From NCBI GenBank assembly GCA_050952645.1, contig JBMNLI010000010.1:160001-224000 (forward strand): a stretch of 64,000 bases of DNA. The letters are read 5' to 3'. Positions within the stretch are counted from its first letter, which is position 1. Every line of letters starts with the position of its first letter. The DNA comes from Bdellovibrionota bacterium (GTDB lineage Bacteria; Bdellovibrionota_C; UBA2361; CAKMMH01). Below the pieces are notes generated by a model. The model saw nothing but the letters and a program-made list of their open reading frames with translations. It had not been told where the DNA came from and searched no databases. The translations under genes were made by a program, and so were the position numbers. Positions 21,631 through 31,986 of this stretch are shown one piece after another.

Positions 21631-21900
21631 GGTTCTTCACGTTTTGAGTGGGTTAGAGTCTATCTTCTAATGTAAATTGACAAAATTATTTTATAAAACT
21701 GTTGTTGTTTTATTAAAATAATAGTTAATTTTATTGGTAAAAATAAATATTAGAGTTATTAGGAAAAGTTATCCCCATAACTGATAACTTGGCCTAGCAA
21801 TTAAAAGCTAAAGATCAAGCTGTGGATAACTTTCATAAAGACCCCATTAAACAGAGTGGCGTTTTGTTTCTCCCTAGGGCCACCCAAAACGTGAAGAACC
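21631..21900. mobile_element. 270-bp MITE-like element with perfect 16-bp TIR
   Basis: GGTTCTTCACGTTTTG ... CAAAACGTGAAGAACC. Confidence 0.8.
21769..21829. promoter_or_regulatory. Inverted pair of DnaA-box-like sites
   Basis: TTATCCCCA at 21769-21777 (1 mismatch) and TGTGGATAA at 21821-21829 (perfect reverse complement of TTATCCACA). Confidence 0.5.
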
Positions 21901-21920
21901 AAAAAAGAAGAAAGATTCTC

Positions 21921-23384
21921 TTAAGAAAGAAACTTATGGATAGATGCGGCTGCTTTTCTTCCTGCTCCCATAGCTAAAATTACGGTAGCAGCCCCAGAAA
22001 CTATATCTCCGCCAGCGTAAACGCTGTCTAGCGATGTTTTTAAATTTTCATCGACTTTGATGCGTCCTTTATTATCGACTTCAATTTCGGGGGTTGTTTT
22101 AGAAATAAGTGGATTAGGCATATTACCTAGTGCCATAATAACGGCATCGGTTTCGATAATAAACTCACTTCCTTCTATAGCTTTAGGGCTTCTTCTTCCT
22201 GAAGCATCGATTTCGCCTAGTTCATATTTTAAACACTCAATACCTACTACGCTACTCTTATCATCTCCTAGGATTCTTTTCGGGTTCGTTAATAGTAAAA
22301 ACTCGATACCCTCTTCTAAGGCATGCTCTATCTCTTCTTTCCTTGCAGGCATCTCATCTCTTGAACGCCTATAAACTACCTTAACCTCTGAGCCTAATCT
22401 TCTTGCTACTCTCGCTGCGTCCATAGCAACATTTCCGCCCCCTACTACGACTATTTTTTTTGCACTATATAAAGGAGTATCGGCTTCTTCTTTATATCCA
22501 CTCATTAAATTTACTCTAGTTAAAAATTCATTAGCACTAAATACACCTACTAAATTTTCTCCCTCTATTCCCATAAACAATGGAAGCCCAGCGCCAGTGC
22601 TAATAAAAATAGCCTGAAACCCGTATTCCTCTTTTAACTGTTTAAGCGTCGCCGTGCGTCCTATAACAAAATTAGTTATGAAATTAACGCCCATTTTTTT
22701 TAATTTTTCTATTTCTTTTTCTACTATAATATTAGGCAATCTAAACTCTGGAATACCATAGATAAGCACACCACCTAATTTATGAAACGCTTCAAAAACA
22801 GTCACTTCATAGCCTAAACGCCTTAGGTCTGCGCTTGCAGCAAGGCCACAAGGCCCACTTCCTACAACGGCTACTTTTTTCCCATTGCTTTTTATTTCTT
22901 CAAAATTATCATCAAAATTATGCTCTCTTGCATAATCCGCTACAAATCTCTCTATTCTTCCTATCGATACTGCCTTATTAACATCTTTTAAAGATTTTCC
23001 TAATACGCATTCTTGTTGGCACTGCTTTTCTTGGGGACATACCCTACCACAAATACTAGGAAGAAGCGTATCTTTTTTTAGCACTTCGTATGCTTCTTTA
23101 AAATCACCTTTAGCAACGTTTTTTAAAAACTCTGGGATCTTTACGCTAACTGGGCACCCTTTTATGCAAGCTGGATTTTTGCATTGCAAACATCTATTAG
23201 CCTCTACTTGTGCCTTTTTAGCAGAGTAAGTATACGTAACCTCGTCCATATTAGAGATTCGCTTTTTCGGGTCTTGTTCATCTGCTACTTGCAAAGAAAT
23301 GCTTTGGCGTTCTTTGACAGTCAACTCATTAGAATTTTCGTTACTAACATCATTATTAAAAATTTTTGATAAGATTTCTTCCAT
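21921..23384 (-). CDS. NfnB / SudA / GltD-like NADPH-dependent oxidoreductase large subunit
   Basis: RCLQCKNPACIKGCP and CGRVCPQEKQC Fe-S motifs, GSGP.G and GGGNVAMD dinucleotide folds. Confidence 0.9.
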   Translation of the reverse strand: MEEILSKIFNNDVSNENSNELTVKERQSISLQVADEQDPKKRISNMDEVTYTYSAKKAQVEANRCLQCKNPACIKGCPVSVKIPEFLKNVAKGDFKEAYEVLKKDTLLPSICGRVCPQEKQCQQECVLGKSLKDVNKAVSIGRIERFVADYAREHNFDDNFEEIKSNGKKVAVVGSGPCGLAASADLRRLGYEVTVFEAFHKLGGVLIYGIPEFRLPNIIVEKEIEKLKKMGVNFITNFVIGRTATLKQLKEEYGFQAIFISTGAGLPLFMGIEGENLVGVFSANEFLTRVNLMSGYKEEADTPLYSAKKIVVVGGGNVAMDAARVARRLGSEVKVVYRRSRDEMPARKEEIEHALEEGIEFLLLTNPKRILGDDKSSVVGIECLKYELGEIDASGRRSPKAIEGSEFIIETDAVIMALGNMPNPLISKTTPEIEVDNKGRIKVDENLKTSLDSVYAGGDIVSGAATVILAMGAGRKAAASIHKFLS

Positions 23385-23410
23385 TATAAAAACTCATTAT
23401 TTTATAATTA

Positions 23411-24346
23411 TTAGCTATTGCTAACACTCTTATTATTATTGTAATTACTATTACTACTATTACTACTATTATTACTACTACTATTATTATTATAAGCGTT
23501 ACTATTTACAGCGGCCTCTAATCTGCACTTGTGGTCTTTTTCACGCTCTACATCCTTAAAGCTCGATTGTCTTGCTAGTAGATTATCGAAATCTACCCCG
23601 CTAGCATCAAACTCAGGTCCATCGACGCAAACAAATTTAGTTTGCCCATCGACTACCACTCGGCACCCTCCGCACATTCCCGTTCCATCAATCATTATAG
23701 TATTTAAAGATACGACCGTTTTAACATCGTATTTCTTTGTAGTTAATGCGCAAAACTTCATCATGATAAGAGGACCTATAGCTATAACTAGATTAGGCTT
23801 AGTTTGCTCATCTTGACAAAGCTCTTCTAGAGGCAAGGTTACTACCCCCTTTCTTCCATAGCTTCCATCATCCGTACAAATCGTAAGATTATGAGAAACT
23901 TCACGAAAGCGTTCTTCGAACAAAATTAAATCTTTCGTTCTAGCGCCTAAGATAACGTGAACCTCATTCCCTGCATCATACAACGCTTTACATATCGGAT
24001 ACAAAGGAGCAACACCTACGCCACCTCCAACGCATACCACTTTTCCAAAGTTCTCTATATGAGTAGGAGTGCCAAGGGGACCTACTACTAAAATCTCATC
24101 ACCTACATTTAATCTTGATAATTTAAACGTGGTAGCTCCTATCGCTTGAAATACTAAGGAAATACTCCCCTCATCTACATTAGCATCGGCGATAGTTAAA
24201 GGAATCCTTTCTGCGTAATCCTCGTTTAACATTACTATAACGAACTGCCCTGCCTTTCTATTTTTAGCAATTTCCTTTGCGTATACTTTTATATGGTAAA
24301 CATCTAAAGAAAGTTGCTCTTTAAAAAAGATTTTATTCATTCGCAT
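23411..24346 (-). CDS. NfnA / SudB-like ferredoxin-NADP reductase subunit
   Basis: AGQFVI, ERIPLTI, GPLG, GGGVG, DGTGMCGGCR...CVDGPEFD. Confidence 0.9.
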   Translation of the reverse strand: MRMNKIFFKEQLSLDVYHIKVYAKEIAKNRKAGQFVIVMLNEDYAERIPLTIADANVDEGSISLVFQAIGATTFKLSRLNVGDEILVVGPLGTPTHIENFGKVVCVGGGVGVAPLYPICKALYDAGNEVHVILGARTKDLILFEERFREVSHNLTICTDDGSYGRKGVVTLPLEELCQDEQTKPNLVIAIGPLIMMKFCALTTKKYDVKTVVSLNTIMIDGTGMCGGCRVVVDGQTKFVCVDGPEFDASGVDFDNLLARQSSFKDVEREKDHKCRLEAAVNSNAYNNNSSSNNSSNSSNSNYNNNKSVSNS

Positions 24347-25058
24347 TTTCTTTTGCTCCTGGCAATAAACTTACAATATTATTTTCCTCATTTACATATA
24401 CATTAAACTCATCACCATAACGGCAAAAACCATACCTTACGGCTCCACCATTATCTCTTAACAAATCTCTACAAGCCTTATCTTCTCCTTTCTCCCAAAG
24501 TTCTTGATATTTTTTTAAAAGAGAGTTGTCATCTAAAAGCTCTCTATCTACCATTGCAATGCAACGAGTATCTACAAAAACGTTTCCTATCGCATTTTCT
24601 TCTTTAGATAGTGCGTTCTTATCAACCTTAATATTGCTAGGGTGGATAATTATTGAAAGTGCATACGGGTCTCTTTGAATGCCGTAAGTATCTGGTGCGA
24701 TATCTATAACCTCACCACCATAATCTCTAACTATCTTATCTTTAACTACTACATCTTCGTCGATATTATCAAGCATTTTCTGAATAAATTGTGGATTAGC
24801 TAACATAAACTGATCTATTAACACTAAAGCTCCGCTTTCTACGGCAATTCGCTCTCTTTTATTTCCTGCGTCTGCCTGATTTGCATCGCCTCTTCTACCG
24901 CGATTATAATTATGGCTTTTTCTATTTGAAGAATACCTATCGTTATTTCTCGAAGAATACCTACTATCTCTTCTAGAATTTTTAAAATAACGATTATCTC
25001 TAGACCCTCTAGAACCTCTATCATCTCTACTATATCTACTATTGCTACTTCTTCTCAT
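24333..25058 (-). CDS. Hypothetical protein with Arg/Ser/Asn-rich N-terminal tail
   Basis: Low-complexity N-terminus plus globular acidic domain; overlaps the nfnA-like start. Confidence 0.7.
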   Translation of the reverse strand: MRRSSNSRYSRDDRGSRGSRDNRYFKNSRRDSRYSSRNNDRYSSNRKSHNYNRGRRGDANQADAGNKRERIAVESGALVLIDQFMLANPQFIQKMLDNIDEDVVVKDKIVRDYGGEVIDIAPDTYGIQRDPYALSIIIHPSNIKVDKNALSKEENAIGNVFVDTRCIAMVDRELLDDNSLLKKYQELWEKGEDKACRDLLRDNGGAVRYGFCRYGDEFNVYVNEENNIVSLLPGAKENANE

Positions 25059-25687
25059 TTTTATTTCATCCCTTTAACTAAATATAAAAATATTAAATAA
25101 ATAATTATTAAATATAATGCTAGACACGCTACGAACGCTTTCTAAATCCTTACTCTTATCTTTTAGACCCTTATCTTTTAGATCCCTTATCGTTGTAAAA
25201 TTCAATATACAAAAAAAGCGTTAAGCTTAAGAAAGCTTAAAATAAAAGTGGAAAACTATCTTGAATGCTTAAAAAATAATTTTTTAATTTGAAATCACTA
25301 ATCATTAGAAAAATACACTTTTAACTATTTTATTTAACTTTTATTTTTTTTGTATTTAACGAAATTCACACGCTTAATATAGAATTTTTTTAAAAAGCGT
25401 TTCTTATTTTAATCATATTTTAATCATATTTTAATAAAATTGTTTAAACTAAATACTTATATAAAATTTATCAAAATTTTAAACTTATATCTCTTAAGGG
25501 GTTTAAAATTACCTATACTTTTTTATTTTAAATTTTAATTTAAAAAATCTCTCACTTCTTTTATTGTATATAGCTTAACCTAACCCCACTTCTCTTTTAT
25601 AACGTATGGTAACTAGTATAGTTTAATTTGCAAATTATTTAAAGTTGCTATCTATAAATTTTTAAAACTTGCCGATAGTAGCTTTAT

Positions 25688-26296
25688 ATGGAAATTATTC
25701 AATACACTAACAACAACGCATCTAAAAATATTACTCATAACAATCAAGATGTTATATCATTTGGCTTCGTTTCATACAATAAAAATGCTTATGAAATTGT
25801 AGGCGAATATTCAAACGAACTACTTCTTTTTAGAGCAAAAAAATTTTGGAAAGCAGCTCTTTTAGATACTTTTTTGCTAGAATATGCCACAGATTTCAAA
25901 TTAAAAGTAAAAAGGAACTCAAAAAATAGCATTTATCATTTGATATGTACTTTTCATAGTGCTTGCGGACGATACGCTTTTTGGCGTATAAACAACGACC
26001 AAAATCCAGAGGTTAGATACATCATTGAAACTGCACATCAAACGCAAACTGCCGATAATTACGATAAAATATTAAATAAATTTCCTAAATTTACTATTTT
26101 AACGGATCAAAGCCTTATTTGTGATATTGAAGATCAAACTAGCAATATATCAGACGTTTTAAAAAAAATAGTAAAAAGAATCTGCAAAGTTAATAACAAT
26201 ATGTTTGAAAGTAACGATATCGACGATAATAACAAGAATAATAATATAAAAAATAATAATATAAAAGATAACGATAACGACGATAACAAACAATAA
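25688..26296 (+). CDS. Hypothetical protein with Asn/Asp-repeat C-terminus
   Basis: 202 aa ORF; no family recognised. Confidence 0.65.
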   Translation: MEIIQYTNNNASKNITHNNQDVISFGFVSYNKNAYEIVGEYSNELLLFRAKKFWKAALLDTFLLEYATDFKLKVKRNSKNSIYHLICTFHSACGRYAFWRINNDQNPEVRYIIETAHQTQTADNYDKILNKFPKFTILTDQSLICDIEDQTSNISDVLKKIVKRICKVNNNMFESNDIDDNNKNNNIKNNNIKDNDNDDNKQ

Positions 26297-26454
26297 TAAT
26301 AATAAAAAACAATAATAAAAAATAAGAGCAATAAAAGAGGCAAGCTAACTTCTATTTATCTATCTTTACTTTCTATCCTTTTATCTTTTTATCTTTTCGC
26401 TATTTTTTCTTATAACTCTAAAATTTCCTTTTAGAACTTTTTATAATTATTATT

Positions 26455-27702
26455 TTAATTATTAGGATTTTTTAAAATAATGCTCGCATTAGTCCCACCA
26501 AAACCAAACGAATTTGAAAGAGCGTATCTTATCTTCTTTTCCTTAAATTTATTAGGCGTATAATCTAAGTCGCACATAGGATCCTTATTTTCATAATTTA
26601 TTGTAGGTGGCACTATACTATCCTTAATTGCTAGCGTGCAAAACAAAGCTTCGATAGCACCCGCCGCTCCTAGCAAATGTCCCGTCATCGATTTTGTAGA
26701 ACTTACACTTAGGTTATAAGCATGCTCCTTAAAAACTTCTTTTATAGCTAAAGTTTCCGTTTCATCATTAGCCTTTGTAGATGTTCCATGAGCGTTTATA
26801 TAATCGACCTCTTCTTTATTTATATTAGCGCTTTCTAATGCCATACGTATGCAAGCGATAGCCCCCTCACCGTCTTTAGATGGTGCCGTGATATGGTAAG
26901 CATCACAAGAATAACCATATCCTACAACCTCAGCGTAGATATTAGCTCCCCTTTCTTTAGCCTTTTCATATTCTTCTAAAACGATAACTATGCCCCCTTC
27001 TCCCATAACGAACCCATCTCTATCAGCATCAAATGGGCGAGAGGCACGTTTAGGCTCATCATTTCTAGTTGAAAGCGCTTTCATAGCTGCAAAGCCTCCG
27101 ACTGCCGTCGGTGTAATAGTGCTTTCCGCACCACCAGTAAGCATAACATCGTGCACACCATCTCTTATCATTCTATAAGCTTCGCCAATAGCATGAGTAG
27201 AGGAAGCACAAGCACTAGTAATAATGTAATTTGTACCCTTTAGACCGTGTTCAATTCCTAGATATCCAGCGGCTAAATTGCTTATAAGAGCAGGGATCAT
27301 AAAAGGCGATATTTTTTTAGCTCCTCCATCTTTATAAGCATCGTAGTATTTTTCTAAAACGGGAAGCCCCCCCATACCTATACCTAAAATACACCCCATT
27401 CTTTCTGGATCATAAATTGAAACGCCGTCTAACTTCGCATCGACCATGGCTTGCTTTCCTGCAGCTATGGTATATTGAGTAAAATAGTCTACTTTCTTAA
27501 CTTGCTTTACTTCCATGTAATCCTCAGGACTAAAATCTTTTACGATACCCGCTATTTTTATTGGAAAATTTTCAGTGCTAAATTGAGTTATGTAATCTAT
27601 CCCAGAAACGCCATTAACAATATTATTCCACGCATCTTTAACATTATTTCCACAAGGACAAACGCACCCTAAGCCCGTAATCGCCACTCTTTTTTTATCC
27701 AT
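26455..27702 (-). CDS. fabF: Beta-ketoacyl-ACP synthase II
   Basis: SACASS catalytic Cys, NAHGTST, TGHLLGAAG, NSFGFGGTN. Confidence 0.96.
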   Translation of the reverse strand: MDKKRVAITGLGCVCPCGNNVKDAWNNIVNGVSGIDYITQFSTENFPIKIAGIVKDFSPEDYMEVKQVKKVDYFTQYTIAAGKQAMVDAKLDGVSIYDPERMGCILGIGMGGLPVLEKYYDAYKDGGAKKISPFMIPALISNLAAGYLGIEHGLKGTNYIITSACASSTHAIGEAYRMIRDGVHDVMLTGGAESTITPTAVGGFAAMKALSTRNDEPKRASRPFDADRDGFVMGEGGIVIVLEEYEKAKERGANIYAEVVGYGYSCDAYHITAPSKDGEGAIACIRMALESANINKEEVDYINAHGTSTKANDETETLAIKEVFKEHAYNLSVSSTKSMTGHLLGAAGAIEALFCTLAIKDSIVPPTINYENKDPMCDLDYTPNKFKEKKIRYALSNSFGFGGTNASIILKNPNN

Positions 27703-27832
27703 AATAAACTTACTCCATCTTCTAAATATTATAAAATATTATTATCTAAAAATATTATGCAAAATACATTTTAACTCTATTCTTTTAGAATATCTTTTAG
27801 AATATCTTTTTTTTATTATTGTGTAAACAGGG

Positions 27833-29374
27833 TTAAAACTTAAAAATATGGGCACTATATTTAGAAAGCTTTACAAATAAACCAAAATCCGCTAACTCGC
27901 TTCCCGTTCTTTCGTACTTAACATCGTTTAGCAAATCTTCTAAAACGTAATTTTTATCTCTTTCAAAATTAAACCTATCAAAATTAAATTTTATATGTGC
28001 GCTCGATTCGTATTCTGAAAAATTTACTACTACTATTCTTTTTTCTTTATTATCTTCTTTATTATATTCTTTATGATTTTCTTTATGATTTTCTTTATTT
28101 ATTTCTTTACTATATTCTAAATATTCTAAACTCCAAGCTAAAATATTATTTTGTGATAAATCATCCATTCCCTTTTCTACATCTAATAAACGCCAAGTGC
28201 CTTTTTTAAACACATCATTATTGACAATCTTAAGTAGCTTTAGATAAAAACTTTTTATATCCGCATCCTCATTAAAAATAGGTTCTCTTCTTAATTGCAC
28301 GGGAAGCCGTATAGGAGCCCCTTCGAATTGCCCATCGTAGTAAAATCTCATTCCTAAAATCGTGCTTATAATTATAGCCCCCATCTTGGCCTTTTCTTTT
28401 CCTAACGACGCAATGGACCTTTTTTCATCGTGGTTTTCTATAAACCTTACAAGCTTTTTTTGATATGAAATTTGTGCTTTTAAATGATCTCTAATATCAT
28501 TAGCATTAGAATGAGTTATTCTATCTAATAGCCTTTTATCATACGTATAATCAAACCCTAATTGCTGCATCTCCCATTCCATGTCCCAATAAACTTCTGC
28601 TATAAATATAAAACTAGGACTCTCCTTTTTTACCTCCGCTATGGCCTCTTGCCAAAACTCCCCACTTAAAGTTTTAATATTTTGTGCCTTTAAGACTTCT
28701 CCCCAAGTTTTTTTAAATACTTTATTTACTGCAAGCATTGCCATATCGCATCTTACACCATCTGCAACTAGGCACAAACCTTTTAAGATATCTTTCATAA
28801 ACTTTCTTGCATTATCGTTAAAATAATTTACCTGCACAGTATCTTGCCAAGCAACATAATTAGGGTCTTTACCATGGGCAAAATATTTTCCTTTATTATT
28901 ATCAGGTTCAAAAAAAGTTATACCATCTCTATCGAAATCTTCTTTCCTGCATTGTAAAAAAACCTCTTCATGAGTTTTAAGTAAAGGCGTGCTAGCTCCA
29001 AAATGATTAGGCACGAAGTCTACTATTAGCTTTAAACCGATATCGTTTAATTTTTGTTTAAGTATCTTTAAATCTTCTCTATCGCCTAAAGATTTATTTA
29101 ATACATAATTAGAAATAGCATAAGGAGAACCGATTATATCTTTGCTTTCAACATCGAAAAGTGCACTCTTATACTCCTTTAAAAGTCCATCAGTTTTACA
29201 GTATTTATCGATATAAGTCTGCAAAAGAGGCTCCCAAAGCCCCATAAGCCAAATATATTCAATTCCTAAATCTTTTAAATTTTCAAAGTAGGACATCGGA
29301 ATTTCTAGCAAAGTTTTATTATGCTTATGACAAAAAGCACGAGTATTTATTTGATATAGCGATGTATTCGTCAT
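27833..29374 (-). CDS. GH13 alpha-amylase-family glycosyl hydrolase
   Basis: DFVPNH, DGVRCDMA, FIAEVYW, RFIENHDE conserved regions. Confidence 0.92.
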   Translation of the reverse strand: MTNTSLYQINTRAFCHKHNKTLLEIPMSYFENLKDLGIEYIWLMGLWEPLLQTYIDKYCKTDGLLKEYKSALFDVESKDIIGSPYAISNYVLNKSLGDREDLKILKQKLNDIGLKLIVDFVPNHFGASTPLLKTHEEVFLQCRKEDFDRDGITFFEPDNNKGKYFAHGKDPNYVAWQDTVQVNYFNDNARKFMKDILKGLCLVADGVRCDMAMLAVNKVFKKTWGEVLKAQNIKTLSGEFWQEAIAEVKKESPSFIFIAEVYWDMEWEMQQLGFDYTYDKRLLDRITHSNANDIRDHLKAQISYQKKLVRFIENHDEKRSIASLGKEKAKMGAIIISTILGMRFYYDGQFEGAPIRLPVQLRREPIFNEDADIKSFYLKLLKIVNNDVFKKGTWRLLDVEKGMDDLSQNNILAWSLEYLEYSKEINKENHKENHKEYNKEDNKEKRIVVVNFSEYESSAHIKFNFDRFNFERDKNYVLEDLLNDVKYERTGSELADFGLFVKLSKYSAHIFKF

Positions 29375-29436
29375 AAAAAAAACATTAAATAAAAAAACAT
29401 TAAATAAAAAACGTATTTAAAATTCTTTTAAAAAAA

Positions 29437-31800
29437 TTATTTTAATGGAACGCCTTTTCTAGCTAAACTATCTACGATTTTATCTACTACCTCTTGCACT
29501 TCCTCTCTTGTAAGCGTCCTGTCTAAACAAGAAAATGTCAATCTTATAGTAATAGCTTTCGTGTCGTTTTCATTGTAAATATCTATAACTTTTACTTTAG
29601 TTATTAAACTTGAGTTAATCTCATCGATAGTTTTTCCTATAACATCATAAGTATTAGAAACAAAATTTAAATCCACTTCTACGCTAGGATATTTCGATAT
29701 TTCATCGTAGACCAATTCTTCTTTTTCAATACTAGAAAGCGTAAAAACATCTATTTCTAAAAATATTATCGAAGCTTTTTTATCTATATTTTTACCTACG
29801 CTAGGATGCACTACACCAATTACACCAAGTTCTACATTATCGCAAATTATAGTATTTAAATTTTTAGGATGTTCAAAACTTCTAGTAGCCACTCTAGGTT
29901 TTAAAGTTATATCTTTTCTAACTACCTCTAAACCGATAACAAACATCATATCTCTTAAGTTAAAAAATAATTCTTCCGTGCTCTTAGTCTTACTAAAAAG
30001 CGTTATAGCGAGCATCTTATGCTCATCACAAAGATTATCTTTATTAAGTCCGTTTACAACGCTTCCTATTTCAAATATACCAAAGTCGGAGGCAAAAAAG
30101 GTATTATTACTAACTTGACATAGCGAGGTTGGAATTATCGAGCGACGAATAGTTTTTATGTTAGGATTTATCGAATCTGATATTTCTATATTATCTTCTA
30201 TCTCAATTCCTAAATTTTTACATTCGTCGTAATATGCCCAGATGTATGAATGAACCTCATGAAGCAAGAAGCGTTTAACGAGGATATCCTTTATTTGCTC
30301 TTCGACTAGTTTTTTTCTTTCTATATTTACCGGATAAAGACTAGACTCTAAAGGTTGAGGCGTAAAATTGTCGTATCCATAAATTCTAGTGATTTCTTCC
30401 ACTAAGTCGACTTTCATAGTAACGTCTTTAGTAGCACGCCAAGATGGAACTTTCACGCTGAAATTATCTCCCTTTCTTTTAACCTCAAAGCCTAATGATT
30501 TTAAAGTTTTCTCTATACGCTCATTCGTTATCGCATCTCCGATACCCGTATATCTATCGACGTAAGCTTTATCAAAACTTATAGTTTTTCTTTCATAACT
30601 TCTTTTATATTCGTCCGTGAGTGCTGAAACTACTTTTACATTTTTATCAATACTAGTTAAAAGCTCTACTAGTCTAGCTACGGCTAGCGTAGTCATCTCG
30701 GGGTCTAAAGTTTTTTCATATCTTTGAGATGCATCGGTTCTATGATTTAACCTTGTAGCAGATTTTCTTACAGATGGCGCATCAAAACACGCAGACTCTA
30801 AAGTAAACGAAGAAGTATCTGTGGCTATCTCTGAGTCGAACCCTCCCATTATACCTGCTATTGCAACTGGAGTATCGTCGCTACAAATCATTAAAGTTTG
30901 AGTATCTATGTTTCGCTCTACGCCATCTAGAGTTTTAAATTTAAAAGGCTTATCAAACTTTTTGATTCTTATTTTATCTATCTTTCTTGAGTCGAAAGCA
31001 TGCATCGGTTGCCCCATCTCTAGCATTAAATAGTTTGTAAGGTCTGTTAAGAAATTTATTGCTCGCATGCCGCAATAATAAAGCCTTATTTTTATATTCA
31101 CAGGGCTTACTTTTACGTTTACATTTTCAAATTTTATTGAAGCGTATCTTAAACAATCATCATCCATTATTTTTAAATCTACCTTAGGCAATCTATCGTA
31201 TTTTTTTAAATTAGCTACTTTCATTTCCTTTAACGGACGCCCTGAAAGCACTGAAAATTCTCTTGCTATGCCGTAATGTCCCCATAAATCAGGGCGATTC
31301 GTAAGCGACTTATTATCTATTTCAAAAATGATATCATCTATATCAAAAATTTCTTTTAAATCTGTTCCATTTTTTAAATTAAGTGGCAACTCCATTATTC
31401 GAGAATTATTATCACTTATGCCGAGTTCTTTTTCACTACAACACATACCGCTAGACATTACACCTTGAAAGTCTTTAGGCTCTATATCGATGCTACCTAT
31501 CTTGCCACCTACTTTTGCAAATGCGGTTTTCATATTAACTCTAACATTAGGAGCACCGCACACTACATCTATTAAATCCTTTTCTCCTATATCTACTTTT
31601 AGCACATGATATTTTTTATTCTCTAAGTGTTCTCTTACTTCCTTAATTTCACCTACAACGACTCCCTTTATATCGCTTCCTTTATAAAATATTTCATTTT
31701 CAACCTCGGCAGTCGATAAGGAAAACTTTTGAATTAGTTTATCGATATCTAATCCATCTAAATCAACGAAATCTTTTATCCAATTTATCGAAATATACAT
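29437..31800 (-). CDS. pheT: Phenylalanine--tRNA ligase beta subunit
   Basis: VVCGAPN, NRPDL, GQPMHAFD, DLVEEITRIYGYD, RTLT.EEV. Confidence 0.96.
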   Translation of the reverse strand: MYISINWIKDFVDLDGLDIDKLIQKFSLSTAEVENEIFYKGSDIKGVVVGEIKEVREHLENKKYHVLKVDIGEKDLIDVVCGAPNVRVNMKTAFAKVGGKIGSIDIEPKDFQGVMSSGMCCSEKELGISDNNSRIMELPLNLKNGTDLKEIFDIDDIIFEIDNKSLTNRPDLWGHYGIAREFSVLSGRPLKEMKVANLKKYDRLPKVDLKIMDDDCLRYASIKFENVNVKVSPVNIKIRLYYCGMRAINFLTDLTNYLMLEMGQPMHAFDSRKIDKIRIKKFDKPFKFKTLDGVERNIDTQTLMICSDDTPVAIAGIMGGFDSEIATDTSSFTLESACFDAPSVRKSATRLNHRTDASQRYEKTLDPEMTTLAVARLVELLTSIDKNVKVVSALTDEYKRSYERKTISFDKAYVDRYTGIGDAITNERIEKTLKSLGFEVKRKGDNFSVKVPSWRATKDVTMKVDLVEEITRIYGYDNFTPQPLESSLYPVNIERKKLVEEQIKDILVKRFLLHEVHSYIWAYYDECKNLGIEIEDNIEISDSINPNIKTIRRSIIPTSLCQVSNNTFFASDFGIFEIGSVVNGLNKDNLCDEHKMLAITLFSKTKSTEELFFNLRDMMFVIGLEVVRKDITLKPRVATRSFEHPKNLNTIICDNVELGVIGVVHPSVGKNIDKKASIIFLEIDVFTLSSIEKEELVYDEISKYPSVEVDLNFVSNTYDVIGKTIDEINSSLITKVKVIDIYNENDTKAITIRLTFSCLDRTLTREEVQEVVDKIVDSLARKGVPLK

Positions 31801-31986
31801 TTTTTTTGCCTTTATAAATATAACTTATAAAAAAATTTTATCTCTATTTAAATTATTTTTTAGCTTCTTTATTTTAACTTATTTATTTTAACTATTTTAA
31901 CTTCTTTATTTTAATCTTATTTATTTAATCTTATTTATTTTTTATTTAATTTATTTATCTAAATTTTTTTTATCCTCTATCTTTTT

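Noticed and set aside
21631..21900. Chromosomal oriC
   Set aside because: Only two boxes, no dnaA/dnaN/gid/par neighbours, and minus-strand gene bias persists on both sides. Kept only as a DnaA-box finding.
20044..21900. Composite transposon carrying lysS
   Set aside because: The upstream element has its own TSD on both sides and the outer flanks do not match, which indicates independent insertions.
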